Positions 1 through 10,449 are shown, numbered from the stretch's first letter. The stretch: 64,000 nucleotides of DNA from Nanobdellota archaeon (GCA_049324275.1 JBMOLG010000004.1:29279-93278); one strand, 5' to 3'. Numbers and translations: made by a program. The notes: generated by a model from the letters alone, not told the origin.

Positions 1-1
1 G

Positions 2-550
2 GCAACAGGGCCTGCGTGCGTCAGATATAAGATTGAAAAGAATCAATACGTGAAAGAATTACCATCATGCAATTATATTTCACGAAGAGAAATATCCCCA
101 AAATATGATGTAAATTTTTTAACAGCAGAAGATTCTGAATTTTGCTTCAAGATTTCTGAAAAAGGATATAAGATTCTTTATGCAAAGGATGTTGTTGTCT
201 ATCATCATCGAAGAGATAGCTTAAAGAAGCATATAAAGCAAATGTATATTTATGGCAGGGATATAGCATGGCTCACAAAAAAAGATTTTTCATTCGATAA
301 ACTTTATTTTTCTCTTTTGACATTATTTGTATTGGGAATTGTGGCAGGAATATTTTTATCTTTCTTTAATCCATTAATAAAAAATATTTTTTTGGTTTGT
401 CTATGCATCTACATCATTTTAATGGCATCTACAAATATTCATGAAAATTTTAAGGTAAGCTTTTTTTGTTTTGCTACGACAATTACCACGCATTTTGCAT
501 ATGGACTTGGATGGCTTAAGGGTATTTTAGTTAAGCAGGAAAAGGTATAA
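2..550 (+). CDS. Glycosyltransferase family 2, C-terminal fragment (5' end outside window)
   Basis: Frame is open back to nt 2, with no stop before the listed start at 50. AEDSEFCFKISEKGYKILYAKDVVVYHH looks like the GT2 C-terminal acidic/His block and is followed by hydrophobic helices. Confidence 0.5.
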   Translation, partial: ATGPACVRYKIEKNQYVKELPSCNYISRREISPKYDVNFLTAEDSEFCFKISEKGYKILYAKDVVVYHHRRDSLKKHIKQMYIYGRDIAWLTKKDFSFDKLYFSLLTLFVLGIVAGIFLSFFNPLIKNIFLVCLCIYIILMASTNIHENFKVSFFCFATTITTHFAYGLGWLKGILVKQEKV

Positions 551-609
551 TTTGTTGTATATAATTTGTTGCAATAAAACTTTTATTTGTAAAAATTTTC
601 ATATATGAT

Positions 610-990
610 ATGGATAAAATAAAAGAAGCAAAAAATGTTTCAGGATATTTTGTAAATGCTTCAAAATTGGGTGAAAAAACCAGTTTGTATTTGTCTAAAG
701 AAGAATGGGAAAAGAAAAGGGGATTAGATGGTTCTAATAGATTTAAAAAAAGGGTTATTGGGTTTTTTAGAAAATCAACAACTAAACCAATAAAAGAATT
801 GGCGAATCTTTTAGCAGAAGTTGGGGCAGTTGATACTTTTGAACAAGGAAAAGAATTAATTCCAAAATTATATGAAAATTATTTAGAATATGGCGGAATT
901 TATACTTTAGGCTTTTTTGAAGTTGAAAATAATTCAGGAGAAAAAGCAGTGAGAATAGTGAAATATATACCGCATGTCCATCCAAGATAA
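610..990 (+). CDS. Hypothetical protein
   Basis: 126-aa ORF in an intergenic-sized slot. No motif recognised. Confidence 0.4.
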   Translation: MDKIKEAKNVSGYFVNASKLGEKTSLYLSKEEWEKKRGLDGSNRFKKRVIGFFRKSTTKPIKELANLLAEVGAVDTFEQGKELIPKLYENYLEYGGIYTLGFFEVENNSGEKAVRIVKYIPHVHPR

Positions 991-999
991 TGATTAGTT

Positions 1000-1488
1000 T
1001 TAAAATTTCAAATACATCATTTGCTCATCAGGCTCATTATCCTTAAACATTTTACCCACTAAAGCTCCTTCCTTAAATCCAAATTTTTTATAAAGTGCTT
1101 TTGCATGGGCATTACTTGAACGTGTATATAAAAATAAAAATCTGCATTTTGCATTATATTTTTCGAAAAATTTTTGTGCTTCTGAAATTGCAAGCCACAT
1201 GATTTTTGTACCGATGCATTTACTTTGGTAGTCTTTTGAAATAGATACGCCTTCAATCTCACCAACTCCTAAGTAAGGATTTGCTTCCTTTGCTTCAAAA
1301 GAGACTCGCCCAACGATTTCTCCAGGATTTTTATTGGTATCTTCAGCAATTATAACAAAGTTTGATTTAATTAAGTATTCAAGTTGATTTCTTTTTATCA
1401 TTATTGGATCTCCATCATTTTTATGGATATAATTAACAAGCCTGTCTAAATCGCTTAAATCTGCTAACCGAATATTTATGTTTTCCAT
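1000..1488 (-). CDS. GNAT-family N-acetyltransferase
   Basis: About 160 aa, with a GNAT-like C-terminal block: YQSKCIGTKIM...LFLYTRSSNAHAKALYKKFGFKE. Confidence 0.65.
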   Translation of the reverse strand: MENINIRLADLSDLDRLVNYIHKNDGDPIMIKRNQLEYLIKSNFVIIAEDTNKNPGEIVGRVSFEAKEANPYLGVGEIEGVSISKDYQSKCIGTKIMWLAISEAQKFFEKYNAKCRFLFLYTRSSNAHAKALYKKFGFKEGALVGKMFKDNEPDEQMMYLKF

Positions 1489-1538
1489 TTTCTTATATAG
1501 TGAAAAATATTTATAAAGATTGTTAGTTTTTTTCGCTT

Positions 1539-3002
1539 ATGAAAATTTTTGTAGGCTATCCACCGACTGAATCTGAAAAGGGCACCGCCTGCCTTCCACA
1601 AAACAGGCAATTTCAATGGTTTAGCAATCCAAGTTATTTATATCCAGTTATAATGGGAAGTGCTGCAACTATTTTGAAAGTTTCAGGTTATGATGTAAGA
1701 TGGATTGATTGCATAACTGAAAAGATTGGTGAAAAAGATTTTTTTGAATTAATTGAAAAAGAAAAACCAAACGTATTTGCATTTGAAACAAAAACTCCGG
1801 TGATAAAACAGCATTGGAATATTATTAACAGATTAAAAGAAAAATTTCCAAATATGAAAATAGTGATAATGGGAGACCATGTTACTGCTTTTCCAGATGA
1901 AACTTTAAAAAATTCCAATGTTGATTTTGTTTTAACGGGGGGTGATTTTGATTTTTCCTTGAAGGAATTAGTTCAGCATTTATATAAAAAACAAAAAATG
2001 CCAAAGGGAATTTATTATAAAAAAGGGAAGAGGATTCTAAATTCCGGAAAATTTGAACTTAAACATAAATTGGATGAAGCTCCTTTTATTGACAGGGATT
2101 TGACAAAATGGCAGCTTTATCAAACTGAATATAATATCAGCAGAAAGCCTTATTTTTACATAATGTCGGGAAGGGATTGCTGGTGGGGAAAATGCAGGTT
2201 TTGTTCATGGACAACATTATTTCCATGTTTTAGGGTGAGAAGCGTAAAGAATGTTTTAGATGAAATTGGGATTTTGATTGAAAATTATGATGCAAAGGAG
2301 ATTTTTGACGATTCGGGCACATTGACAACAGGGCAATGGCTTAAAGATTTATGCAGGGGATTAATTGAACGAGGCTACAATAAAAAAATAAGATACTCCT
2401 GCAACATGAGATTTGGAACCTTAAAACAAGAAGATTATGATTTAATGAAGAAAGCAGGTTTTAGATTACTAAAGTTTGGATTAGAGTCTGCAAACCAAAA
2501 AACTTTGGACATTTTAAACAAAGGCACAAAAGTTGAAAATATTCTCGAAGGGTGCAAGATGGCAAAAAAAGCAGGGCTGACAGTTCATTTAACAATGATT
2601 GTTGGTTATCCTTGGGAGACAAAAGAAGATGCATTAAATACATTTAGGCTTGCGAAAAGATTAATGCAGTCTGGAAATGCAGATTTGTTGCAGGCAACTG
2701 TTTTAATACCATATCCAGGCACGCCTTTATGGAAAGAGGCAAAAGAAAAAGGTTGGTTTTTATTTGATGCTTATGATTATGAGAAGTACGACATGAGAGG
2801 ACCAGTCTTAAAAGCAAAAGATTGTGATCCAAATGAGGTAGCTGAAGTTTGTGGAAAAATTTATACGATATTTTTAACCCCACAATATGTTTTGTCAAGA
2901 TTCTTAGCAATAAGAAATTTTGATGATGTAATGTTAAATCTGCGAGGAGTTTTAGCTGTTTTAGGTCATTTAAGGGATTTTGCTATCAAGAAAAATAATT
3001 AA
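1539..3002 (+). CDS. B12-binding-domain radical SAM protein (COG1032-like), paralog 1
   Basis: N-terminal Rossmann-like block (IVIMGDHVTAFPDETL..VDFVLTGGDFDF), then PKGIYYKKGKRILNS and LDEAPFIDRD. The cluster motif reads CWWGKCRFC (Cx4Cx2C), not the canonical Cx3Cx2C. TIM-barrel-like GFRLLKFGLESAN follows. Confidence 0.75.
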   Translation: MKIFVGYPPTESEKGTACLPQNRQFQWFSNPSYLYPVIMGSAATILKVSGYDVRWIDCITEKIGEKDFFELIEKEKPNVFAFETKTPVIKQHWNIINRLKEKFPNMKIVIMGDHVTAFPDETLKNSNVDFVLTGGDFDFSLKELVQHLYKKQKMPKGIYYKKGKRILNSGKFELKHKLDEAPFIDRDLTKWQLYQTEYNISRKPYFYIMSGRDCWWGKCRFCSWTTLFPCFRVRSVKNVLDEIGILIENYDAKEIFDDSGTLTTGQWLKDLCRGLIERGYNKKIRYSCNMRFGTLKQEDYDLMKKAGFRLLKFGLESANQKTLDILNKGTKVENILEGCKMAKKAGLTVHLTMIVGYPWETKEDALNTFRLAKRLMQSGNADLLQATVLIPYPGTPLWKEAKEKGWFLFDAYDYEKYDMRGPVLKAKDCDPNEVAEVCGKIYTIFLTPQYVLSRFLAIRNFDDVMLNLRGVLAVLGHLRDFAIKKNN

Positions 3003-3913
3003 CCAGATTCCAAATTTTTCTTTTCCCATCTTTTTTTAGCACCAAGCATATATTCTTCTCCAATTATCATCCATGCAAATTTAAAGAAATCTTTTACTGA
3101 GGAATAATTTTCTTCGGATTTAAAATCATACATTTGAATAGCATGAACTAATTTTTGCAAGAATTCATTTTCATTTTTAATCTTAGCAGGATCAAATGCG
3201 CTTTGCCTTATACTGATTGAGGAAATCCCAAGGTGCTCTATGACATTCCCATCAGAAGTTGCAATATATGGAATTCTATATTTATCTGCTATTTCTTTTG
3301 CTTTTATATTTCTATTTTTTGCGTAATATTTAAGGATTGGCAACTGAGAAAAAAGAAAGTTAGGCAAACATAACTGGGAGTTATGTTCTATCGCTGTTAA
3401 TTTCTTCGAATCAGAAAATTTAATGAGGAGATCTAAACCTATGCCGTTATGGTCTGTGCATAAGGCATGTTCTGCGATTACAGGAAGATTATTATCCTGA
3501 AGAAATTTAAATGTCTCATCCCAATTTTTATTGTTTGGAACTTTATTCGTGCCCAATGTTAAAATATCATAAAACCTTCCGTCTTGATAGACTTTTATTG
3601 TCTGGCTGTTTAAAATATAAGCAGTATGAGAATTTCTTTTAATCTCTAGGATATTTTCGCCAATTTTTTCATGTTTAAGATTCCCTGATCTTAGTGCTTC
3701 ATTTAATAAAAATCCAAATCTATCATGAGGGGTATGTTTTATTAGCTCATAATTAGAGCCAGAATCACTTGTTATAGCACATACCTGAATATTTTTAGAT
3801 GCACATTGACCCATTATCTCTTCCAAAATATTTTTTCCGGCATAACCACATCTATTAATCCAATAATCTTCAAAGCTTGGCAATGCGTGATAGTGCAAAT
3901 CCAGTAAAACCAT
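2999..3913 (-). CDS. PHP-domain-like metal-dependent phosphoesterase (possibly CpsB-type)
   Basis: N-terminus VLLDLHYHALPS resembles PHP/CpsB motif I (D-x-H-x-H). Later His/Asp-rich blocks (AEHALCTDHNG, ATSDGNVIEHLG). Weak call. Confidence 0.35.
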   Translation of the reverse strand: MVLLDLHYHALPSFEDYWINRCGYAGKNILEEIMGQCASKNIQVCAITSDSGSNYELIKHTPHDRFGFLLNEALRSGNLKHEKIGENILEIKRNSHTAYILNSQTIKVYQDGRFYDILTLGTNKVPNNKNWDETFKFLQDNNLPVIAEHALCTDHNGIGLDLLIKFSDSKKLTAIEHNSQLCLPNFLFSQLPILKYYAKNRNIKAKEIADKYRIPYIATSDGNVIEHLGISSISIRQSAFDPAKIKNENEFLQKLVHAIQMYDFKSEENYSSVKDFFKFAWMIIGEEYMLGAKKRWEKKNLESG

Positions 3914-3961
3914 TTTAAAATCAAATTTTAAGAATTTAAAAATATTTCTATTGTTACCATT

Positions 3962-4726
3962 TTAAAGTTTTAAATAATCTGAAATAGTCGAAAATGAATA
4001 TTTTTTGTTTAAACAAAATTTTATGTAATTTTCAAATTTTTTATGTAATTTTCCAGGATTTCTCTTTATATAAAAAGGTATTTCAAATTTAGTAATATCA
4101 TTGCTAAATTCCCAGGGATGCATGATAATCATTGTATAATTGCTTGATACAAAATTTAATTTTGTGAAGAATTTGGAGTATACTAATGGAAAATTTTTAA
4201 ATGCAAGCCAAAAAATAGGGAGTCTTACTAAAGGCAAGGTGGAAGGAGGAATCTCTATAATATCTTCTAAATCATACTCTTTTCTTTTCTCGAAAAGATT
4301 AAAATATCGTCCGGGAAGCCATGTTGGATGAATCGAAGAGTCATATTTAAAATTAAGGCCACATAATTCTTTTATCTGAATCTGAAATCTTGGAGCCCTA
4401 TAACCATTTATTTCCTTGCCAATGATTTTTTCTTTTTCTTTTTTTGCCTGCTTTAATCTTTCAAATGAAAATGTTTCTGAATGAGAATAGCCATGGCTTG
4501 CAATTTCATATTTTTCTGAAAGCTCTCTTATTAAGGCAGGATATTTTTTTGCAAAATTTGCAGTTGTAAAGAAAGTTGCTTTAATTTTATATTTAGACAA
4601 TAACCTTGTCAGACTATCTAATCCATTTTTCGTGATTGAATACATTTTCTCATCACTGATTGTTTGATTAAATTCTCTGGGCAAATCAAATTCTTCTAAA
4701 TCAAATGTAAGCAATATAGATTTCAT
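3962..4726 (-). CDS. Polysaccharide deacetylase (CE4-like)
   Basis: LLTFDLEEFD, ATFFTTANFA, EIASHGYSHSE and GYRAPRF are the conserved blocks of the polysaccharide deacetylase family. Confidence 0.7.
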   Translation of the reverse strand: MKSILLTFDLEEFDLPREFNQTISDEKMYSITKNGLDSLTRLLSKYKIKATFFTTANFAKKYPALIRELSEKYEIASHGYSHSETFSFERLKQAKKEKEKIIGKEINGYRAPRFQIQIKELCGLNFKYDSSIHPTWLPGRYFNLFEKRKEYDLEDIIEIPPSTLPLVRLPIFWLAFKNFPLVYSKFFTKLNFVSSNYTMIIMHPWEFSNDITKFEIPFYIKRNPGKLHKKFENYIKFCLNKKYSFSTISDYLKL

Positions 4727-5418
4727 TTTAAAAATCTCAGGATAACAAGCCGTTTAACCATTCCGGGCAAATATTTAAGTTTGAAGGTGCTGAATTTTTC
4801 AGAATTAACAGGTATGTAGACGTCAGCAATCTTAAACTTATTTTTTTTTGCTTTATACAAAAATTCTATATCCCAATCAAAGCCATTGCATACAAATTTA
4901 TTTTTCTTATTGATTTCAGGCCATACTTCTTTTTTAAAGAATTTTGCTCCTGCCTGCGTATCGCGAAAATTCATGTCAAATATTATTCTCGAAAATACAA
5001 ATCCTCCCAAAGACACCAATCGCCTTAGCAGGTAATCTTGTTTTCTCTTTTTACCTCTTAAATATTTTGAAACTATGACTACATCATTTTCATTAAGATA
5101 ATCAATCATGTCAGATATTTTATTTAAGTCAAATGGATTATCTGCATCTAAAAATCCCATGAGATTGTATTGGGCTTCATTAAATCCTGCGGTTAAGGCA
5201 TAACCTTTCCCTCTCTTTTGGATAGAAATTACCTTTAATGGAATTTTTTTCTTGAGAGAAATGCAAATATTTTCAGTCTCATCAGAACAGCCATTGCATA
5301 CCACAATAATTTCCAACTTTTTGAATTTTTTTGAAAATATATCATAATATTGATACAATGAATCTTCTATAACCTTTGCAGAGTTATGTGCGGGGATAAT
5401 TAATGAAAGACTATCCAT
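4723..5418 (-). CDS. Glycosyltransferase family 2
   Basis: LSLIIPAHNSAKVIEDSL, LEIIVVCNGCSDET and GFLDADNPFD (DxD-type) are the GT-A signature. Overlaps the deacetylase gene by 4 nt. Confidence 0.8.
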   Translation of the reverse strand: MDSLSLIIPAHNSAKVIEDSLYQYYDIFSKKFKKLEIIVVCNGCSDETENICISLKKKIPLKVISIQKRGKGYALTAGFNEAQYNLMGFLDADNPFDLNKISDMIDYLNENDVVIVSKYLRGKKRKQDYLLRRLVSLGGFVFSRIIFDMNFRDTQAGAKFFKKEVWPEINKKNKFVCNGFDWDIEFLYKAKKNKFKIADVYIPVNSEKFSTFKLKYLPGMVKRLVILRFLK

Positions 5419-5507
5419 AAGAATATCAGCTAAAAGCAGTTTATAAAAATAGTTATAACAAACGATGATTTAGCAAAGTATTTAAGTCTGATTCTCAAAA
5501 AGCTGTT

Positions 5508-6644
5508 ATGAATTATACAGTATCTAAAGAGGCTGATAAAAAGGTTGAAGATGACATCAGCATTATTAAAAAAATTATTTTGCAGGAGACAAAGCCCATA
5601 TCAATAGTATTTTTTGGAGGATTCGGGCATGGCGGAGGAAGTTTTCGAAAAATTAAAAATAAAATACTGCCAATGAATGATTATGATTTGTACTTAATTA
5701 CAAATAATAAAGTTAGTGATTCTAAATTAGAAAAACTCGGAGAAAAATGTTCAAGAGCATTAGGAAGAGGAGGAATTGAAATTGTTGAAAATTTTGACAA
5801 AGACTATGATGCAAATGAATTTTTTCATGTAGACTTACATTGTATTAGATATAAAGACCTGCAAAAATTATATCCCACACAACGAACATTTGATTTAAAG
5901 ACAAGCAAGGTAGTTTATGGCGACGAAAAAATCCTGGACAAAATTCCTAAAATAAAAATTTCAAAATCAGACGCAATACGCCTTTTATTCAATAAGCTAG
6001 ATCACTTTGCAATTGCAGAAGACAATTCTGAAATAATCAAATCAATTTATGCAGTTAAGGGATTCACTGATTTATGCTCTGCCCTGTTGATTTTCGAGGA
6101 CAAATATGCATCCAGTTATCAGGAAAGAAATATCATTTTTCAAAAATTAGATTTTCCCAAGGAATTAAAGGAATCAGTTAAAAAAGCTACCAGGGCAAAA
6201 CTTTACGAGGGGTATCATGTTGATAATGTCAATGAATTTTTTTTGCAGTCAAAAAAATGGGTTGAATGGAGCCTTAAAAAAATTTTGCAAGAGCATTTAA
6301 AAATAAGATCAGATGACTGGAAAGTTATATGCAAAGAAATGTACAAAAAATTGCCTTATATCTATTTTAATGACTATCTCAGAAGCCAATATCTATTTTT
6401 TGGACAGTATTATTTGAACCTAAAATGTTTTTCAGCGGGATTAAGAAAAGATGAATTTTTATGGAAGACTCTAACCAGATGGAGAGACTCTGGCCTTATT
6501 ATTGCAATGTCGCTGATGCTATATATGTTTAATGAAAAAAAAGAGGCTGAAAAATATCTGAAAAAATTAACAAACAAAACAAGACCTTTGAAAGATAGGA
6601 TTTTAAAAATATATTCAGTTTATTATCTTCAAAAACTAGTTTAA
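5508..6644 (+). CDS. Hypothetical protein with Pol-beta-like nucleotidyltransferase N-terminus
   Basis: VFFGGFGHGGGS followed by NDYDLYLIT matches the G-[GS] ... D-x-D pattern of minimal nucleotidyltransferases. The C-terminal half is long and helical. Confidence 0.35.
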   Translation: MNYTVSKEADKKVEDDISIIKKIILQETKPISIVFFGGFGHGGGSFRKIKNKILPMNDYDLYLITNNKVSDSKLEKLGEKCSRALGRGGIEIVENFDKDYDANEFFHVDLHCIRYKDLQKLYPTQRTFDLKTSKVVYGDEKILDKIPKIKISKSDAIRLLFNKLDHFAIAEDNSEIIKSIYAVKGFTDLCSALLIFEDKYASSYQERNIIFQKLDFPKELKESVKKATRAKLYEGYHVDNVNEFFLQSKKWVEWSLKKILQEHLKIRSDDWKVICKEMYKKLPYIYFNDYLRSQYLFFGQYYLNLKCFSAGLRKDEFLWKTLTRWRDSGLIIAMSLMLYMFNEKKEAEKYLKKLTNKTRPLKDRILKIYSVYYLQKLV

Positions 6645-6645
6645 A

Positions 6646-8046
6646 ATGAAATTCATGATTATTGCCCCGCCGAATGATTTGGATGCTACTAATAATGAAA
6701 GCACAAGCTATGACAATAGAATAACCCCATTAGATATTGCTTATATTGGAGCAGTCTTAGAAGGATCTCATCAAGTCAGAATTTTAGATGCATTAGCATT
6801 AGCATTGAATAAAAACCAAATTATAGATGAAATTGCAAAATTTAATCCGGATATTATATGCCTGACTGCTTTTGACAGATGCCGTTGGGGAATTGACAGC
6901 TCAAATAAGCTCGTAAGGCTGATAAAAAACAAAAAAAGAATTATAGGCTTAATCTGGACTTATAATTCTGATTTATTATCTGAAATATTGGAAAATAACA
7001 AGGATTATGACTTTGCTGTTTTTGGAGACCCTGAATTTACCTTATTGGATGTTGCAAATAAAAAATCTTTTAGAGATATTAAAGGCTTAGTATATAGAAA
7101 TAAAGATAAAGTTATCAAGAACAAACCAAGAGAATTGATTAAGGATTTAGATGAATTGCCCTTTCCTGCGAGGCATTTGCTTGATTTGCAAATTTACAAA
7201 AGAATGCCTCATGAATCATTAATAGAGCCTAATTTTGATATAGCGGTCACTAGAGGATGCCCATTTAATTGCACTTTTTGCTTATTGAAAGTTACGAGCG
7301 GAAAAAATAGAAGAACAAGAAGTCCTGAAAAAGCTGTTGAAGAAGTGGAAATCCTAAAAAGAATGGGTGCAAGACAAGTTCATTTTCAAGACCCCGTGTT
7401 AACATTAAATAAAGAATGGTCAGAAAAATTTTGCAATCTATTAATTGAAAAAAATTTTGGAGTTATTTGGTCTTGCCAAACAAGAGTAGATTGCATTGAT
7501 GAAAAATTGCTGAAGTTGATGAAAAAAGCAGGATGCAGATCCATTCTTTATGGCATTGAAAGTTTAGACCAAAATATTTTAGATAATATCAAGAAAGGAG
7601 TAAAGGTTGAAGACATTATAAGAATAATAAAAATAACAAAACAAATCGGAATTGAAACGAGATGTAGTTTAATGCTTGGATTGCCCGGAGAAACAAAGGA
7701 ATCATTTGAGGCAATATTAGATAAATTAATCAAATTAAGTCCTGCATTTGCGCAATTTCATGCCACTGTTGCTTTTCCTGGCACAGAGCTTTTTGAGAAT
7801 TTTGATAAGTTTGGAAGGCTCGCTGAAGATAAACATGTAAAAAAATTTGATCTTACAGGCAAGCCTTTTATTCCAAATGGATATAACAATGAACAAGAAA
7901 TCTTGGCAACCCAAAGGCATGCTTACAAAAAATTTTATATAAGGCCTTTTTTTGTATTAAAAAAAATCTTTAATTTTAAAGACATTGAAAGAAACATTAG
8001 AGGGATTAAAATAATTTTAAAATTACAAAGAAATTCTGACAGATAA
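6646..8046 (+). CDS. B12-binding-domain radical SAM protein, paralog 2
   Basis: IKGLVYRNKDKVIKN, DLDELPFPARH and TRGCPFNCTFC (Cx3Cx2C). Same block order as the other paralogs. Confidence 0.8.
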   Translation: MKFMIIAPPNDLDATNNESTSYDNRITPLDIAYIGAVLEGSHQVRILDALALALNKNQIIDEIAKFNPDIICLTAFDRCRWGIDSSNKLVRLIKNKKRIIGLIWTYNSDLLSEILENNKDYDFAVFGDPEFTLLDVANKKSFRDIKGLVYRNKDKVIKNKPRELIKDLDELPFPARHLLDLQIYKRMPHESLIEPNFDIAVTRGCPFNCTFCLLKVTSGKNRRTRSPEKAVEEVEILKRMGARQVHFQDPVLTLNKEWSEKFCNLLIEKNFGVIWSCQTRVDCIDEKLLKLMKKAGCRSILYGIESLDQNILDNIKKGVKVEDIIRIIKITKQIGIETRCSLMLGLPGETKESFEAILDKLIKLSPAFAQFHATVAFPGTELFENFDKFGRLAEDKHVKKFDLTGKPFIPNGYNNEQEILATQRHAYKKFYIRPFFVLKKIFNFKDIERNIRGIKIILKLQRNSDR

Positions 8047-8087
8047 TTTATAGAAATCTTTATTAATTAATTCTCTTGAAATGAATT

Positions 8088-9536
8088 ATGAAAGTCTTGC
8101 TTGTAGAACCTAATTATGAAGGTTATGCTCTAATGCCCACAATGTCCCTTGCAATTCTTAAGGGATTTATAAATCAAAAGACAAAACATAACGCGAAAAT
8201 AGTTGATCTGGTTTTTCACAAGAAAAATTGGCAGGAGTATTTAATTAATCAAATCAGAACTGAAAAGCCAGACTTAATCGGCATATCAGTCTTAAGCTTT
8301 AATTATCTTCAGGCAGTGGAAATAAGCAAACTGATAAAAAAAAATTTTGATATCAAAATACTTGCAGGAGGAGTTCATGCAATATTGGCTCCAGAAGAAC
8401 TCATCAATAATGATGAAATTGATATAATCTGCACAGGGGAAGGCGAAGAGGTCATTAAAGATCTGTTAGACAGTGGATTAAAATGTAAAAATGTTAAAGG
8501 TATTTGGTATAAAAATGAAGGCAAGATTATAAAAAATTCTTCTAAAAAATTGAGAGATAATTTAGATGAACTTCCTTTTCCAGAATGGGATGACTTTGAA
8601 ATGGAAAAATATTTTTTAATAAACAATTTTCATTTGCCAATTATGGCATCACGTGGATGTCCTTATCAATGCACTTATTGCAGCAATCATGCCCTTAAGA
8701 AAAGGCTTGCAGGGAAATATGTAAGATTTAGAAGCGTGGATAATGTAATGAAAGAAATTGAATTAAGAATAAAACAGTATCATTCAAAAGGATTAAAATT
8801 TCTATTCTTTTATGATGATACTTTTATTATGTATAAAGATTTTGTAAAAGAATTCTGCAAAAAGTTTAAAGAAAAAGGATTTGATAAACTTGTAAAATGG
8901 AATGTTAATGTTCGAGCGAATCTAGTTGATGAAGAAGTTATTAAATCTATGAAAGATGCAGGATGCTATGAAGTAAGGATGGGGGTTGAAGCAGGGAATG
9001 ATTATATAAGAAATGTTCTTTACAAGCGAAACATGACCAAAGAACAGATATTTAATGCAGTCAAAATAATAAAAGATAATGGACTTCAATTGAGAGTTCA
9101 ATTTATAATTGGTGCTCCTTATGAAAATAAAGAAAAAATTGAGGAAAGCCTGAACATGGCGAAAAAGATAAATCCGGATTATGCCTTATTTCCAATTTTA
9201 GTGCCTTTGCCCTCGACTGAAATTAAAGAAGTCTGCGAAAAAGAAGGATTGATAGAAAAAAACAAATTCAAAAATTCGCATGAAATGTTTACAAATCCAG
9301 TTGTCAAAACAAAATATCTGTCAAATAAAGAAATAAAAAAAATTGTTAATAAGATCAGAATATATCAAATGAGACAATATATAACTGAAGGCTTAAAATT
9401 AAGGGGGCCATTGTTTATTTATGATTCTTTAGTTTTTCTCATTTATTATAAAAGAAAATATGATCTTGAAATAGATCACGCATTCAGATTTACAATTAAT
9501 AAATATAAGCTGAAAGAAAAGAAACTACTAGATTAA
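8088..9536 (+). CDS. B12-binding-domain radical SAM protein, paralog 3
   Basis: AGGVHAILAPEEL..IDIICTGEGEE, VKGIWYKNEGKIIKN, LDELPFPEWD and SRGCPYQCTYC. Confidence 0.8.
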   Translation: MKVLLVEPNYEGYALMPTMSLAILKGFINQKTKHNAKIVDLVFHKKNWQEYLINQIRTEKPDLIGISVLSFNYLQAVEISKLIKKNFDIKILAGGVHAILAPEELINNDEIDIICTGEGEEVIKDLLDSGLKCKNVKGIWYKNEGKIIKNSSKKLRDNLDELPFPEWDDFEMEKYFLINNFHLPIMASRGCPYQCTYCSNHALKKRLAGKYVRFRSVDNVMKEIELRIKQYHSKGLKFLFFYDDTFIMYKDFVKEFCKKFKEKGFDKLVKWNVNVRANLVDEEVIKSMKDAGCYEVRMGVEAGNDYIRNVLYKRNMTKEQIFNAVKIIKDNGLQLRVQFIIGAPYENKEKIEESLNMAKKINPDYALFPILVPLPSTEIKEVCEKEGLIEKNKFKNSHEMFTNPVVKTKYLSNKEIKKIVNKIRIYQMRQYITEGLKLRGPLFIYDSLVFLIYYKRKYDLEIDHAFRFTINKYKLKEKKLLD

Positions 9537-9552
9537 ACAACTATTATAATTA

Positions 9553-10449
9553 ATGAAAAAATTAAAAGTAATTATGATTGATGGCTTTAAGCCGGAATAT
9601 CTAAAATATGCACCTTATTTAAGTTCTTTGACAAAATTCTTGCAATGGGGAAAATTGGAAATGCCAATGGGTCATTGGAGAGGTGTACAAGTTTTATTTG
9701 AAGGATATTCTGACATTATCTCTGTTTTTTACAAATCAGATAATTCTTCATTAAAATTTGTGAAAAGATTAAGATGGCTTGAGAATTTTGGAGAAAGCGG
9801 CAGATTTATAGTAGACTCATTAATAAATTTGAATAGGTTGATACAACGAAAAGAATTATTCAGGACAGGAAAGATACCATTAGATATATTGGATGAATTT
9901 GAAATAAGCATTAACAGGCATTTTTCAAAAAAGCCAGGAATTAAATTTTATTGTTTTGGCGACCTTGATAGTTTGGCACATAAGCACGGTACAAAAAGCC
10001 CGGAAATTATTAAGGCCATAAAAAGAATTGATAAAAAAATATCAAAGATGAAATTTGATTTTATCTTTTCAGACCACGGCATGTGCGATATTCAAAAGAT
10101 TATTTCTGTTCCTGAAGCAAGAAAATGTTTTATTGATGGAGATATGGCAAGGTATTGGGGAGATAAAAAAGAATTAGAACAAATAAAAAGCAGGCTTCCA
10201 TTAAAATTCGGCAAAATAATCAAGTGGGACGAGAAGTATGGGGAATTGATTTTTTTAGTAGATTCAGGAGTTTTAATATATCCCAATTTTTGGGATAAAA
10301 AAGGCCCAGCCAAAGCAATGCATGGATATGATGGAAAAAGTGAAGATATGAAAGCAGTTTATATTTTAAATAAGAAAGGAAATAAAAAAGATTTAGATGC
10401 TTATCAGTTACATAAGATTTTAAAGAATCAGTTTAACGAAGTTTTGTAA
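9553..10449 (+). CDS. Alkaline-phosphatase-superfamily enzyme (nucleotide pyrophosphatase/phosphodiesterase-like)
   Basis: KVIMIDGFKPEYL, FGDLDSLAHKHG, FSDHGMCD and MHGYDG match the metal-ligand blocks of type I phosphodiesterase/NPP enzymes. Confidence 0.65.
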   Translation: MKKLKVIMIDGFKPEYLKYAPYLSSLTKFLQWGKLEMPMGHWRGVQVLFEGYSDIISVFYKSDNSSLKFVKRLRWLENFGESGRFIVDSLINLNRLIQRKELFRTGKIPLDILDEFEISINRHFSKKPGIKFYCFGDLDSLAHKHGTKSPEIIKAIKRIDKKISKMKFDFIFSDHGMCDIQKIISVPEARKCFIDGDMARYWGDKKELEQIKSRLPLKFGKIIKWDEKYGELIFLVDSGVLIYPNFWDKKGPAKAMHGYDGKSEDMKAVYILNKKGNKKDLDAYQLHKILKNQFNEVL

